Assembly (NCBI GenBank): GCA_963703655.1
Contig: CAVPFA010000006.1
Span: forward strand, 446,379-510,378
Direction: 5' to 3'
From: an uncultured Acidimicrobiaceae bacterium
GTDB taxonomy: Bacteria; Actinomycetota; Acidimicrobiia; Acidimicrobiales; Bog-793
Length of the DNA stretch: 64,000 nt
This document shows, piece by piece, positions 29,557 through 39,842 of the stretch; the first letter of the stretch is position 1; each line of letters opens with the position of its first letter. Position numbers and translations under genes: made by a program. Under the pieces are notes generated by a model. The model searched no databases. It was not told the DNA's origin and was given only the letters and a program-made list of their open reading frames with translations.

Positions 29557-30962
29557 CTCAGAACCTCATCCGAAGACTCGCCGAGGTTCGTTTCGGGTGC
29601 CGTCGGTCCCGGAGTGGACGGGAGGAATGCAAGCGCGCCCACGAGGTTGAGCATCGACAGGGTCGGGTCGAGCCCATCGGTCGTCGCTTCGCATTCGATC
29701 ATCGTCTTGATCAAGATGGCCATGTCAGAAGGGAGCACGATCCCTGAGCTGCGCAGAAGGTGGAGTAGTCGACCCAACACGTCGCCGAGCCGTACGTCCT
29801 TCAGGCTCGCGTCGGCAACCGGGTGGAGGAGCGCCGCCAGGTGCGCTCCGAAGTCGGCGCGGTCGACGGCACGCGTGGTACGACTGACCGACAGCACAGA
29901 CTCCGCGAGGGCATCGCCGTCCCGGCCAAGCACCGCGCTCATCATCTGCACGAGGGCAGAGCGCTCGGCAGGCGTGACCGAACCGACCTCGCCGAAGTCG
30001 ATCAGGCCGAGACGCCCGCCCTTGAGGGCGATGATGTTGCCAGGATGCGGGTCGGCGTGGAAGAGATCGGACTGGAAGATCATCACTGCGTAGGCCTGCA
30101 GTATCGCCCGAGCGAGGCCAGCTCGATCAGCCCCTACCGCTTCCAAACGTTCCCGATTGCTGAGAGGAATGCCCTCGATCCAGTCCATGACCAGGAGAGA
30201 TTCGTCACTCATGTCGGTCATCACCCGTGGGATCGTGACGGCATCGCTCACTGCGAACGTACGACGGACGGCCTCGAGGTTGCCGGCTTCTGTTGTGAAG
30301 TTGGTCTCGGCACGCAGCAAAACGGCGAACTCGTTCAGGATTGCAACCGGGTCGTATGCTCGTACTCGGGACGAAAGGCGCGCGACTAGGCGGGCGAATT
30401 TATCGAGCAACCAGAAGTCGTCGTCGATATCAGTACGAACCCCTGGACGCCGTACCTTCACTGCGACCTGAAGACCGTTGTGCAGAGTGGCCCGGTGCAC
30501 CTGACCAATCGACGCGCACGCGACTGGCGCCATCTCGAATGTGGCGAACACACCGGTCGACGGTGATCCGAGGCTCCGCTCTAGTTCCGCTTTGAGCTTC
30601 GCCTCGGGGATGCTCGGTGCGCGATCCAGCAACTTCGAGAGTTCCTGCTGCACCTGTCGGGGGATGATGTCGGATCGGGCCGAGAGGAGCTGTCCGAGCT
30701 TCACGAACGTCGGTCCGAGATCTTCGAGGGCGAGTCGGAGCTGACGCGAGAACAATCCGGCCTCGTCGACGCCCTGACGGCGAAGCCTGGCTGCTGCGGA
30801 GTGCCAACCGACCGTGGCGCTCCGTAGGGCGACCACCGCGACGATCTCTCCACATCGTCGAACCAGTGACGTCACCCTCACTCGTTGCTCGTCAGCCGGT
30901 GCGGACAGGCCGCTGGCGACATCGACAGGTCGAGTTTTGAGCACACGTCGCCGTGTGACCAC
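29553..30962 (-). CDS. AarF/UbiB (ABC1) atypical kinase; start uncertain
   Basis: LGPTFVKLGQ, ACASIGQVHRA, VAVKV, FHADPHPGN, IDFG. Confidence 0.85.
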   Translation of the reverse strand: MVTRRRVLKTRPVDVASGLSAPADEQRVRVTSLVRRCGEIVAVVALRSATVGWHSAAARLRRQGVDEAGLFSRQLRLALEDLGPTFVKLGQLLSARSDIIPRQVQQELSKLLDRAPSIPEAKLKAELERSLGSPSTGVFATFEMAPVACASIGQVHRATLHNGLQVAVKVRRPGVRTDIDDDFWLLDKFARLVARLSSRVRAYDPVAILNEFAVLLRAETNFTTEAGNLEAVRRTFAVSDAVTIPRVMTDMSDESLLVMDWIEGIPLSNRERLEAVGADRAGLARAILQAYAVMIFQSDLFHADPHPGNIIALKGGRLGLIDFGEVGSVTPAERSALVQMMSAVLGRDGDALAESVLSVSRTTRAVDRADFGAHLAALLHPVADASLKDVRLGDVLGRLLHLLRSSGIVLPSDMAILIKTMIECEATTDGLDPTLSMLNLVGALAFLPSTPGPTAPETNLGESSDEVLS

Positions 30963-31282
30963 ATCCGATACCCAAGATCTAGCGCTCTGAGGGGTTAACC
31001 GCGGTGTCGACCTTGCTGTCACGATGCAGAGGTGGCGGGCGAGAATCGGCGGAGATCCTCGGCGATGCCGAAAAAGATGTGGTTGTTCGGCGTCCCTTGA
31101 ATCGTGGGGTCGTTTGATCTCGCCTCGGCCCACGCAAGGCGGGAAGTCGAGAGACTGCTCAAGCTGGGAGCCAGGCCGGTGCTCTGGTCACGCGGCGACC
31201 ACTGCGCTTGTTTGACCTGTAAACCCAGCTGCAACCGGCATGGTGCCACTTCGCGTCTCCTTCTCACACACACCCTCGTCGA

Positions 31283-31609
31283 TCAGCCTCGGCGGCAACC
31301 GATAGCTCGTGAGCCAGCGATCTCAGGAGCGTAGGCGCCGATCACCTGGCCGGCATCCGAGGCGACGTGATCAGCTGTTGGCCGAGTCAAAGGGAGGTCT
31401 CGTCCGTTGCAGATAGGCGTACGCCGGGGTTGTCCTGTGCGTCGTCCGATCGTCTCGAGGAGCGCGTCCCCGGGAGGGGGTAATCCCAGTCCCCACGCCA
31501 GTTTGACGACGGGGTTTATGACGGACTTCTGAAGCGGCTGAATCAGGCGATTCTTCGTGTGCAACGAGGCCACATCAGCTCCTTTCGAGCGCCCGACGAC
31601 GCCAATCAT
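31283..31609 (-). pseudogene. Truncated F420-dependent (DUF385) nitroreductase-like fragment
   Basis: INPVV...LLETIGRRTGQPRRTP, after which the similarity is lost. Confidence 0.5.
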
Positions 31610-32074
31610 CTCTGCGCATCGTCTCGTTGCCTATTGTGCCTAATCCAGCGAGGTCCCGCCTCGGGGCTGCGATGCGCCGAGGACCACCACGGGGATCACG
31701 CAGCAACGCCGCCAGGCCGGGGAAGCGCGCAGAGAGCACCGCCGCCGTCCCGCCGGCCGCCTGGGCTTCGTGTGACCAGGCAGGGCCACTCGGCCCCGAC
31801 CAGTCGTCGCACGCCGCCCCCGGTTTCGCCCGCCGAGTCCGAAGGGTCGATGGCCTCGACGTGCCGTAAAGGCCAGTGGTCCCGGGTGCGGCTTCGGCCC
31901 GGTCAAGCGCGGCGAGCGCCGCCTCCATACGGCCCCGCTTCGGGGCGTCGGCTAGGTGGGCGAGCGCGAGCGGATGCGAGGGGCGGCACCGAGAAAAGTC
32001 TCGAGGGCCATGAGAGCGCGACGAACCGGACGGACCGGCATCTCCTTCGGATGCAGACCCGAACGGCCGACGCG

Positions 32075-33022
32075 CTAGGACAACTGGATACGAATGTAGT
32101 CCACCCTCATTGACGAAGAGGGTGCCGTCGTGCTGTTCGGGCTTCCCGCCCAGCCGCCACCGACCGCGAGATCGTAGATGAAGTAATACGGGTGGTCGAA
32201 GGCCATGTTCCAGTAAGTCTTGCCCACCTCGCGCTCGCTGACTCTCATCTGCAGCTTCTGATCAATGTAGAAGGCGACGTAGGGGTTGGAACCTTCGTTC
32301 GACCACAGCCACGAGTAGACGTGCCAACCACTGGCTCCGGAGGCAACGTGGAGGCGGTGGATCGACAAGGTCTTCGAGCCGCAGGGAGGGGCATAGTCCG
32401 AACTCCCGCAGTGCAGCCACTGACCGACCCAATGCCTGTTGTCGATCGTCTCGACGATGTCGACCTCCCCGGCAGCCGGCTCCACCTGCGGTTGCTTGGC
32501 AGCTGGAACGGCCATTGCCCAGAATGCGGGCCAGTACCCTTGGCCACCTGTTGGCAGCAGGATACGCGACTCCACCATCAAGGCGTGACCGGGACGAGGC
32601 ATGAACGGCCTCTTGAGCTCTATCACTCCGGACACCCAGGAGGTCCCGGAAAGCTGGGCACTTACGTCTAGGTGTCCGTAGCCATCAAGGTGGACGACAT
32701 TCGTTGATGCGAGAAACTGTCCTACGCCGAATCCAGCGTCCTGGTACGGCTGCCAGGTGCTCCCGGGGGATGAGCCGGCCGGACCATTGAAGTTGTCTTG
32801 ATAAAGCGTCGTCCATCGGACCGGCGGCGGTCGCTTCGTTGCAGCCTTGATGTTGGGAGACGGTCCTCTGGTCGACGCGGCAGAAGACGGGACCGTGACG
32901 GAGACAACCGCGGCCAACAGCGATAGTGAAAGGGCAGCAACAGCAATTCTATTGGCTCTATTGGCGAGCCCTGGAACGGAGTTACCGATCCGGGCGGACT
33001 TCATGACATCGTCGTCAGGCAC
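32075..33022 (-). CDS. Secreted glycoside hydrolase family 16
   Basis: GYWPAFW, catalytic GEVDIVE, LAVGGGWAG. Confidence 0.88.
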   Translation of the reverse strand: MPDDDVMKSARIGNSVPGLANRANRIAVAALSLSLLAAVVSVTVPSSAASTRGPSPNIKAATKRPPPVRWTTLYQDNFNGPAGSSPGSTWQPYQDAGFGVGQFLASTNVVHLDGYGHLDVSAQLSGTSWVSGVIELKRPFMPRPGHALMVESRILLPTGGQGYWPAFWAMAVPAAKQPQVEPAAGEVDIVETIDNRHWVGQWLHCGSSDYAPPCGSKTLSIHRLHVASGASGWHVYSWLWSNEGSNPYVAFYIDQKLQMRVSEREVGKTYWNMAFDHPYYFIYDLAVGGGWAGSPNSTTAPSSSMRVDYIRIQLS

Positions 33023-33311
33023 AACCCACTCCTCGCGTGGTCACCCGATCAGCCTCGGCTGCCGGTTCGTGATGGGACCTACGGCGCGCAGCCCGCGGGC
33101 TTCGAGCCGAACCTGCTCAACCTGCCAAGTCCCACAGACAGTATCGGCGCGACTGCGGGCACAACTTAACCCAAATTTGAGCAACCTCGCGTGCCCACGG
33201 GGATCTTCAAGAGCGATGGGCTTGCCTGGTAGCATGAGTCCCTTGAGCAGTCTTGACCGTCCTGAGCTGCACTTCTGGTCCCTTCGAAGCCCGGCAGAGG
33301 GAAAACAACAG

Positions 33312-34244
33312 ATGTGCAACTCTCGGCGCCCGTTTCGGTGGCGATCAGCCTTGATGTGCGCCATCGGAGGGTCCTGTTTCCTGGCGGGATGCTTGTACAG
33401 CTCGCCCGGAGCGGCTTCAGGGGCCGTGCCGCGTGCTCCCCGAGGCCTCAGCTCTCCGGTGAGATGGCCCCACGGCGTGTCGACCGCGAAGCTCGTCTTT
33501 CAGGACAACTTTGCCGGCCGAGCGGGCTCCGAGCCCAATCGGAAATACTGGCTGGTGGAGTCCGGCAAGAGCTACGGCATCGCCACCGACGTGGCGTCCG
33601 CTCGCAATGTCCACCTCAGTGGCAACGGTGCATTGGTGATCGAAGCGATCCGCCAGGCGGGTGCGTGGACCTCCGGCGAGGTCGAGACAAAGGAGGCCTT
33701 CGAGCCAGCAGTCGGACAGACCATCACGATCACCGCACAGATCAGGCTGCCGAACGGCGGACAGGGCTACTGGCCCGCATTTTGGGCCGTCGGACTCCCC
33801 TTTCGAACCAATCCGAAAAGTGAGCCGGCCGCAGGTGAGATCGACATCGCGGAGACGATAAACGATTTCAAGTGGGTATCTCAGGTCCTGCACTGCGGAT
33901 CTCTCAAAGGTGGCCCCTGCCATACGAATGAGAGAGCCATGAACGGGATTTCCCATACCCATTGGCTCAGTCGTCCCTCGGGAAGCATTGGCTGGAACAC
34001 CTACGGCTGGGAATGGGTCAACAGGAAGGTCAATCCGTACATCGAGCTCACGATCAACGGTGTGGTCCAGTTGAGAGTCTCCCAGGCCATGATCGGGGCC
34101 GTCGCGTGGCATCAGGCCTTCGACCACCCCTGGTATTTGATCGTCAACCTCGCCATCGGCGGGGGGTGGCCAGGGCCGCCCTCACGAAGCTCTGCGCCGG
34201 CCGGGTCGATCTCGATCGCGCGCCTCAGGGTGTACAGGTCCTAG
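33312..34244 (+). CDS. Secreted glycoside hydrolase family 16
   Basis: GYWPAFW, catalytic GEIDIAE, NLAIGGGWPG. Confidence 0.88.
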   Translation: MCNSRRPFRWRSALMCAIGGSCFLAGCLYSSPGAASGAVPRAPRGLSSPVRWPHGVSTAKLVFQDNFAGRAGSEPNRKYWLVESGKSYGIATDVASARNVHLSGNGALVIEAIRQAGAWTSGEVETKEAFEPAVGQTITITAQIRLPNGGQGYWPAFWAVGLPFRTNPKSEPAAGEIDIAETINDFKWVSQVLHCGSLKGGPCHTNERAMNGISHTHWLSRPSGSIGWNTYGWEWVNRKVNPYIELTINGVVQLRVSQAMIGAVAWHQAFDHPWYLIVNLAIGGGWPGPPSRSSAPAGSISIARLRVYRS

Positions 34245-34308
34245 AACCTCCGTGATGCCGTCGGCGGGTCGACAGGAAGTGCCGACTTCGATGTGGCTGG
34301 GCTAGCAG

Positions 34309-36210
34309 ATGAAGTCGGTCATCGAGACGCGGAGGCCTCTGTTGTCAGCGCCTTTCGGCCTCTCGTCAACGCGTCTTCACCGCACGCCGGCCTCGACGGT
34401 GGCTGCAACGGTGGTTGCGGGCGCGTATCTCGCCGCGATGGGATGCATTTTTCTGGCCTATCGGCACGGTGAGAGCGTCTCGGCTCGCTTCGCATGGTTC
34501 TGGCTCGGGCTCTCGACGATTGCAGTGGTGACTGTGTGGCTCGTGTCGCGTCGCTTCGGGTCACCGCGAATACACGTGCTCGCCATCGCACTTGCCGGTG
34601 TCGTCACCTATGTGCCGAAGGTCTTGCGCAGCGCAAGCGGACCCGCTTACTTCGACGAACTGCTCCACCTGGGTCAAACGCAGCTGCTGCTCGGAGGGCA
34701 CCTCTTCGGGGGTAACAGCGTGGTGCCGGTGGTCGGTTATTACCCGATGCTCCAGCTGCTTATAGCGGGGGCCCACTTCACCACGACTCTGTCGCTGTGG
34801 GAGAGCGATCTCCTCGTGATCGGCATCTTCCACGTCATGGCGCTTTTCGGCGTCTTGTTGTTCGTGAAGGAGCTCTCCGGCAGCGAGCGCCTGGCGAGCC
34901 TGGCAGCGCTCTTCTACCTCGTAGGACCGGCCGTGCTCTTTTTCTCGAGCGAAGCCTCCTATGAGTCCGTGGGCCTGCCGATCGCCATCCTCACATTGTT
35001 CGCTGCTGTTCGCGGGGCCAGGGGGAGCCGGCGCTGGCTGGCCGCAGCCGTAATCTGCTCCGCGGTCACAACGCTCGCCCAGCCGGTTTCCGGGCTGTTC
35101 CTCGCGGGCACTCTCCTGCTGATCGCCGTCTGTTCCGTCGCCGGCAGCGGTGTCAAGGAAGAAGGCAGGCGATTCCCAGTCGTGCTGCTGGGTCTGGGGC
35201 TGCTGGTGCTCGCGATGAACCTCTCGTGGATCGCCGTCTTCAACTGGAACGAGACCTGGAGCTATCTGCTTCCGTCGCTGGGCACGCTGCGGAACCTGTT
35301 GGACGTCGTGTTCCGACCGGCGGGCGCCCACCATGTGTTCGAAGGCTCAAGCCTTCCTGGCTACGAGCGGACAGCCGGCATCGCGGCAGTGGCGCTGGCT
35401 TCGGCAGCAGTGGTGACAGGCGCCGTCCTCCATCGCCACGACCGGACGCGGGAGGACTCGAACGACGAGACGAACCGCGGCGGGCGCCTGTTGTGGCGGA
35501 CCTCCTTCGTGATTTCGCTAGCTTTTCTCGCCTCTCTCCCACTCGACTTGTCGCCTCGGGCTCTCGTATGGGTCCACCGGTCCTGGGAGTTCACCTGGGT
35601 CGGCGTAGCTTGCATGCTCGCCTTCTTGGTCAGCCGGCTGCTGTCGCGCTGGGGGTCGTGGCCACGGACCGCGCGGTCTGCTATCGGTGCGGTCATCGCA
35701 CTCGTGGTCGTGATACTTCTTGTCGGCAACACAGCCATCACGACGAACGAGGGCTACATGTTCCCGGGGGCCTACGAGTTCGGGTCCGGGACCAGCATGA
35801 CCACCGCCGGTCAACTGGCTGCGGCGGAGTGGATGAGGACCCACGCCCCCGCCCATGCGCGGATCGCGTCCGACCCCGACACCGAGCTCGTGGAGTGGAG
35901 CTATGCGCACGAAACGGTGGTCGGGGCGTTGCCGACGTGGCTATTGACCTTCGGGACACGGGGTCTGACGAGCAGGGACGAGTCCGAAGCTCGCCGGTTC
36001 CACCTTCAGTACCTGATCGTGGACAAGCTCATGTACCGACAGCTGAGCGCGCAAGGCTACGTCTACTCGATTTACGAGCCTGGCGCCCTGTCCGAGTCGA
36101 GGCCGGTGCCAGCGTCCGCGTACGCCGCTCTTCTGCACACCGGCTGGCTGCCGCTTGCCTATAGCAACTCGCAGGTGGCGATCTTCAGACTCGTGACTGG
36201 CAAGGGATAG
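34309..36210 (+). CDS. Polytopic membrane protein, GT-C/polymerase-like
   Basis: More than 10 TM segments; YFDELLH acidic motif in an early loop; C-terminal soluble domain (AAEWMR...YLIVD). Confidence 0.65.
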   Translation: MKSVIETRRPLLSAPFGLSSTRLHRTPASTVAATVVAGAYLAAMGCIFLAYRHGESVSARFAWFWLGLSTIAVVTVWLVSRRFGSPRIHVLAIALAGVVTYVPKVLRSASGPAYFDELLHLGQTQLLLGGHLFGGNSVVPVVGYYPMLQLLIAGAHFTTTLSLWESDLLVIGIFHVMALFGVLLFVKELSGSERLASLAALFYLVGPAVLFFSSEASYESVGLPIAILTLFAAVRGARGSRRWLAAAVICSAVTTLAQPVSGLFLAGTLLLIAVCSVAGSGVKEEGRRFPVVLLGLGLLVLAMNLSWIAVFNWNETWSYLLPSLGTLRNLLDVVFRPAGAHHVFEGSSLPGYERTAGIAAVALASAAVVTGAVLHRHDRTREDSNDETNRGGRLLWRTSFVISLAFLASLPLDLSPRALVWVHRSWEFTWVGVACMLAFLVSRLLSRWGSWPRTARSAIGAVIALVVVILLVGNTAITTNEGYMFPGAYEFGSGTSMTTAGQLAAAEWMRTHAPAHARIASDPDTELVEWSYAHETVVGALPTWLLTFGTRGLTSRDESEARRFHLQYLIVDKLMYRQLSAQGYVYSIYEPGALSESRPVPASAYAALLHTGWLPLAYSNSQVAIFRLVTGKG

Positions 36211-36213
36211 TCC

Positions 36214-37382
36214 GTGAGGGTCCTGCACCTCTGCGAGCGGTACTCGCCCTTTGCCGGGGGGATGGAACAGGCCGTCGCGAACTTGTTGCAGGCCCAATGG
36301 GCAGCCGGGGATGAGGCTCACCTCGCCACCCTTCGACCGGATGCCCTCAGACGAACGGCCGTCGTCGCCGAAGGGGAAGGCTTCATCCATCGGCTGCGGC
36401 ATCTTCGGCTCGGGAACTATCACCCTCCGGCGCCCGAGCCCGTCGTGAGCCGAGAACTGTTGCAGCTGCTGCGTCGGATCGGTCCCTTCGACGTCGTGCA
36501 CGCCCACGGGCTGATGGGGATGTCCTACCTCGCGCTCAAGAGAGCCGGCCTGGTCCGTACGCCTCTCGTCTGGACGCTTCACGACTACGGACTCGTCTGT
36601 GCCAAGCGCACGCTTTTGTACCGCGACGGACAACCGTGTCCCGGTGCGGCCTGGACGAGGTGCCTCCGATGCGCCGGCGAGCACTACGGGGCCGCCAAGG
36701 GTGCCCTCATAACGGCCGGGGTGTGGAGCTCCCGGGCCTTCGTGGCTGGCGTGGACCGGTTCATCGCCGTTAGCGAGATCGTCGCCGACGCACATGGCGC
36801 CGTCGATGCCGCGATCATCCCACCGGGCATCTCTGATCACGATGCCGAGGGGGCACGGCCAACTTTCGTCCCCACGGACCCGTACCTCATGTTCGTCGGA
36901 CGACTTGGCGCCGCTAAGGGCGGCCCAGTCCTGCTCGAGGCGTACCGGCAATTGGAGGGCCTGAAGCCTAGACTCCTCGTCATCACGTCGGATGAGACCG
37001 ATCCCGAGGTCGCCGTGGCTGGAGTTCAAGTCGCGCAGGGTGTCCCTCACGGCGAAGTCCGCAGCGCCTGGAGTCACGCTCTCTTCGGCGTGCAACCGTC
37101 GCTCTCGAACGAGACGTGGGGCATGGCCACCGCAGAGGCGATGACCGCCGGCAAGGCGGTCGTGGTCTCGGATGCCGGAGCGCTGCCCGGGGTGCTCGGC
37201 GGGGGGGACTCGTTGTTCCTCGGGGCGATCCCGCCGCGCTCGCGAGGGCGATGGAGCAGCTCATCTCGTCATCGTTGTTGAGAGACCGGCTCGGTTCGAT
37301 TGGTCGCGAGCGCGCCAAGGCCTACGGGATCGACAACGTCCGACGCCAGGTCCGGGACGTCTACGACGCGGTCATCCGATGA
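36214..37382 (+). CDS. GT4 glycosyltransferase (frameshift in a G run near 37205)
   Basis: GGMEQ, VHAH, TLHDY, ETWGMATAEAMTAG; the C-terminus is in ORF 37116..37382. Confidence 0.85.
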
Positions 37383-38476
37383 GGGTTGCCCTCGTGACGA
37401 GCGCCTACCCACCTCACGTCGGGGGCGTCGAACGTCACGCCCAACGGCTTGCGCAGAACCTGGCGGGGCTTCGATGCGAGGTCGAGGTGCTCACTCAGGG
37501 TCCCCGTGGCGACCCACCGTCGGTGGATCAGGAACGAGACGGTCTCGTGGTGCGTCGGTGGCCGGCAAGCTTGCGGTCGGAGAGCGCTCCCGTCTCGCTC
37601 GGCCTGTTCGACTTTCTGCGGCAGGCACGCGGCCGCTATGACGTCGTCCACGCCCACAACTACCACTCGGCAGCTCCGGCCATGAGCTACATCTCAGGTC
37701 ATTGCCCGCTGGTCGTCTCGACCTACCTGCACGCCCGGCCTGCGACTCTCGTCGCGAGGGCGGCTCATGTCCCCTACGGCGTTCTGGGGCGGAGAATGTT
37801 GCGAGCGGCTGCGACCGTGATCGCCCTCTCGAGGTCTGAGGCGGACCTCGTGTCGGCGCGCGTGCCCGGGGTGCGGCCAGTTGTCGTCCCGAGCGGGATC
37901 GACGTGGGTCGGCTCCGAGCTGCAAAGGCCAGGGAGAAGGCCTCTCCGTTGGTGCTCTTCGTCGGACGACTGACGGGGTACAAGGGTGCTGCGCGCGTCG
38001 TAGAAGCGCTGCCCTTGTTCGGCGACGCGAACCTTGTCGTGATCGGTAGCGGGCCGGAGGCGGCCACTCTCCGGCGACTGGCGGAGAGAAGGGGCGCTCA
38101 AGGAAGGGTGCAACTACTGGGGGCGGTCGACGACGACGACCTCGCCCGCTGGTACGCGACGGCGGACGTAGTCGTCTCGCTCTCGTCCTACGAGTCCTTC
38201 GGCATCGTTGTGCTGGAGGGGCTCGCCGTCGGAGCCCGGGTCGTGGCGAGCGACATCCCCGCCCATCGTGACACGCGACAGTTTGACGAGCACGGTGCGC
38301 TGCGCCTCGTCCCCCTCGCCAGCACCCCGGAGGCGATCGCAAAGGCGATTCGCGAGGAGCTGGCGAAGGGTCGTTGCATGCCGAGCAGCGCGGTTCCGAG
38401 CTGGGAGGCCGTCGCGCAGGTCCACCTCGACCTCTACGGGGCTGTTCTCGAGCGGCAGTTGGTGTCTCGGCATTAA
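37379..38476 (+). CDS. GT4 glycosyltransferase
   Basis: YPPHVGGVE, FVGRLTGYKG, ESFGIVVLEGL. Confidence 0.9.
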   Translation: MRVALVTSAYPPHVGGVERHAQRLAQNLAGLRCEVEVLTQGPRGDPPSVDQERDGLVVRRWPASLRSESAPVSLGLFDFLRQARGRYDVVHAHNYHSAAPAMSYISGHCPLVVSTYLHARPATLVARAAHVPYGVLGRRMLRAAATVIALSRSEADLVSARVPGVRPVVVPSGIDVGRLRAAKAREKASPLVLFVGRLTGYKGAARVVEALPLFGDANLVVIGSGPEAATLRRLAERRGAQGRVQLLGAVDDDDLARWYATADVVVSLSSYESFGIVVLEGLAVGARVVASDIPAHRDTRQFDEHGALRLVPLASTPEAIAKAIREELAKGRCMPSSAVPSWEAVAQVHLDLYGAVLERQLVSRH

Positions 38477-38488
38477 GGGCTCGCCGCA

Positions 38489-38518
38489 CGGTAGTTCGCG
38501 CAAAAGCGCGAGCTACCG
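38489..38518. terminator. Hairpin between the convergent GT4 and tnpB genes
   Basis: CGGTAGTTCGCGC-AAAA-GCGCGAGCTACCG; no U-tract. Confidence 0.5.
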
Positions 38519-39715
38519 GATTACCGGCTCGACGTTGACGAGGTGATCCTCGATCCCGTCTTGGGCCAGCCCGGCCCTCAAGATGTTGCGAGCAGCGTTT
38601 ATGTCGGCGTGCTCCGTGAAGCCACACGAGGCGCAACTGAACTTCTGGCCATCACGGTTCTCAGAGGAAACGCGACCGCAGTTAGAGCAGCGCTGGCTCG
38701 TGTGGCGGGGGTTCACCGCGATGACTCTCCTACCGGCTCCTTCCGCCTTGTAGGTGATCATCACGATGAGTCTTCCCCAGCTTGAGTCCATGATCGCGTC
38801 GTTCAAGCCCGACTTGGCGCTGACGCGCGTACCGGGGCTCTCCAGGGTGCCACTTGCCGAGCGGGACATGTTCGAGATCCTGAGGTCCTCGTGGACGATC
38901 AGGTCGTTGTCGTCAACGATGAGACGACTGAGCTTGTGGAGGACGTCCTTCCTGCAGTTGGCTTCCTTCCGCTTCAGCCTGGCAATCTCGGCCGTCGCCC
39001 TGCGGCAGCGGTGCGAGCCCCGATGGTGCCTCGACCGTTCCTGCTGTGCCCGGGCGAGTGCTGGAGCGAGCTTTTGCCGATAACGGGGGTTCTCGTGAAG
39101 TCTCCCGTCCGATGTGGCCGCGAGCACTCGGACACCGAGGTCGATCCCGATCGCTCTTCCCGTCGGCGGCAGTTCGTCAGCTGGCACATCTGAGCAGAAC
39201 ACCGTCGCTTCGAGTTGGCGGCCCCGCCGGGCGACCGTGAGGGTCTTCGGTGTTCCACGGAGCGGCCTGTGGCAGTTGGTCTTCACGTGACCGACGCCTT
39301 GGACATACAGGCAACGCGCCTTCTCGTCGAGCCTCCAGCCGCTCACGTCGCACCAGGTGAGCGAATCAAAGCGCGATGCGGACCTAAAACGCGGGTAGCC
39401 GGGGTGCTCTCCGGCCTTGACCCTGCGGAAGAAGCCCTTGAACGCCTCGTCGACGCGGGTGAGGGTGCCCCTCGAGACAGTGATCCCGAAGTGCGCGAAC
39501 TCTGGCCTGAGCTCTGAGAGTCCCGTGAGGGTCTTGAACTGGTCGATCTTTGAAGGGGCCCTCACGCTGCTGAGACCGCGTTTTAGCCACTCGTAGGTCA
39601 TTTTTCGCTGTTCGAGGGCTGCGTTGTACAGCTCGCACTGGAGCCGCATCGATCTGGTGAGCGCCTGGTTCTGTCTCACAGTCGGGTCAAGCCGGTAGGT
39701 GAAGGCTCGGTACAT
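38513..39715 (-). mobile_element. tnpB: TnpB RNA-guided endonuclease (IS200/IS605 family), stand-alone with no tnpA
   Basis: YRAFTYRL HTH; RuvC motifs IGIDLG, VHEDL and HADINAARNI; zinc ribbon CSNC...CASC. Confidence 0.93.
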
Positions 39716-39719
39716 GAGG

Positions 39720-39733
39720 CGAACGCTAGTTCG
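39720..39733. promoter_or_regulatory. LexA (SOS/Cheo) box overlapping the tnpB -10 element
   Basis: CGAACGCTAGTTCG = CGAAC-N4-GTTCG; minus-strand TAGCGT lies 7 nt before ATG 39715. Confidence 0.7.
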
Positions 39734-39826
39734 GGGGTGTAACTCCCGATCGGACCGGGGTCGGATGAGACCGGATCGAGCGGCCTGCATGATGGATTGC
39801 TCGGACCGGTCTAGGTGCTCGGATCG

Positions 39827-39842
39827 CGCAATTTAAATTGCG
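39827..39842. promoter_or_regulatory. Perfect 16-bp AT-core palindrome, putative operator
   Basis: CGCAATTTAAATTGCG. Confidence 0.4.

Noticed and set aside
31575-31928. 117-aa ORF between the DUF385 remnant and GH16
   Set aside because: No recognisable motif and low-complexity Arg/Ala/Gly composition; it cannot be supported as a gene.
37201-37207. G7 tract as a phase-variation switch in GT4
   Set aside because: The run is short and many non-homopolymer frameshifts occur elsewhere, so sequencing error is more parsimonious.
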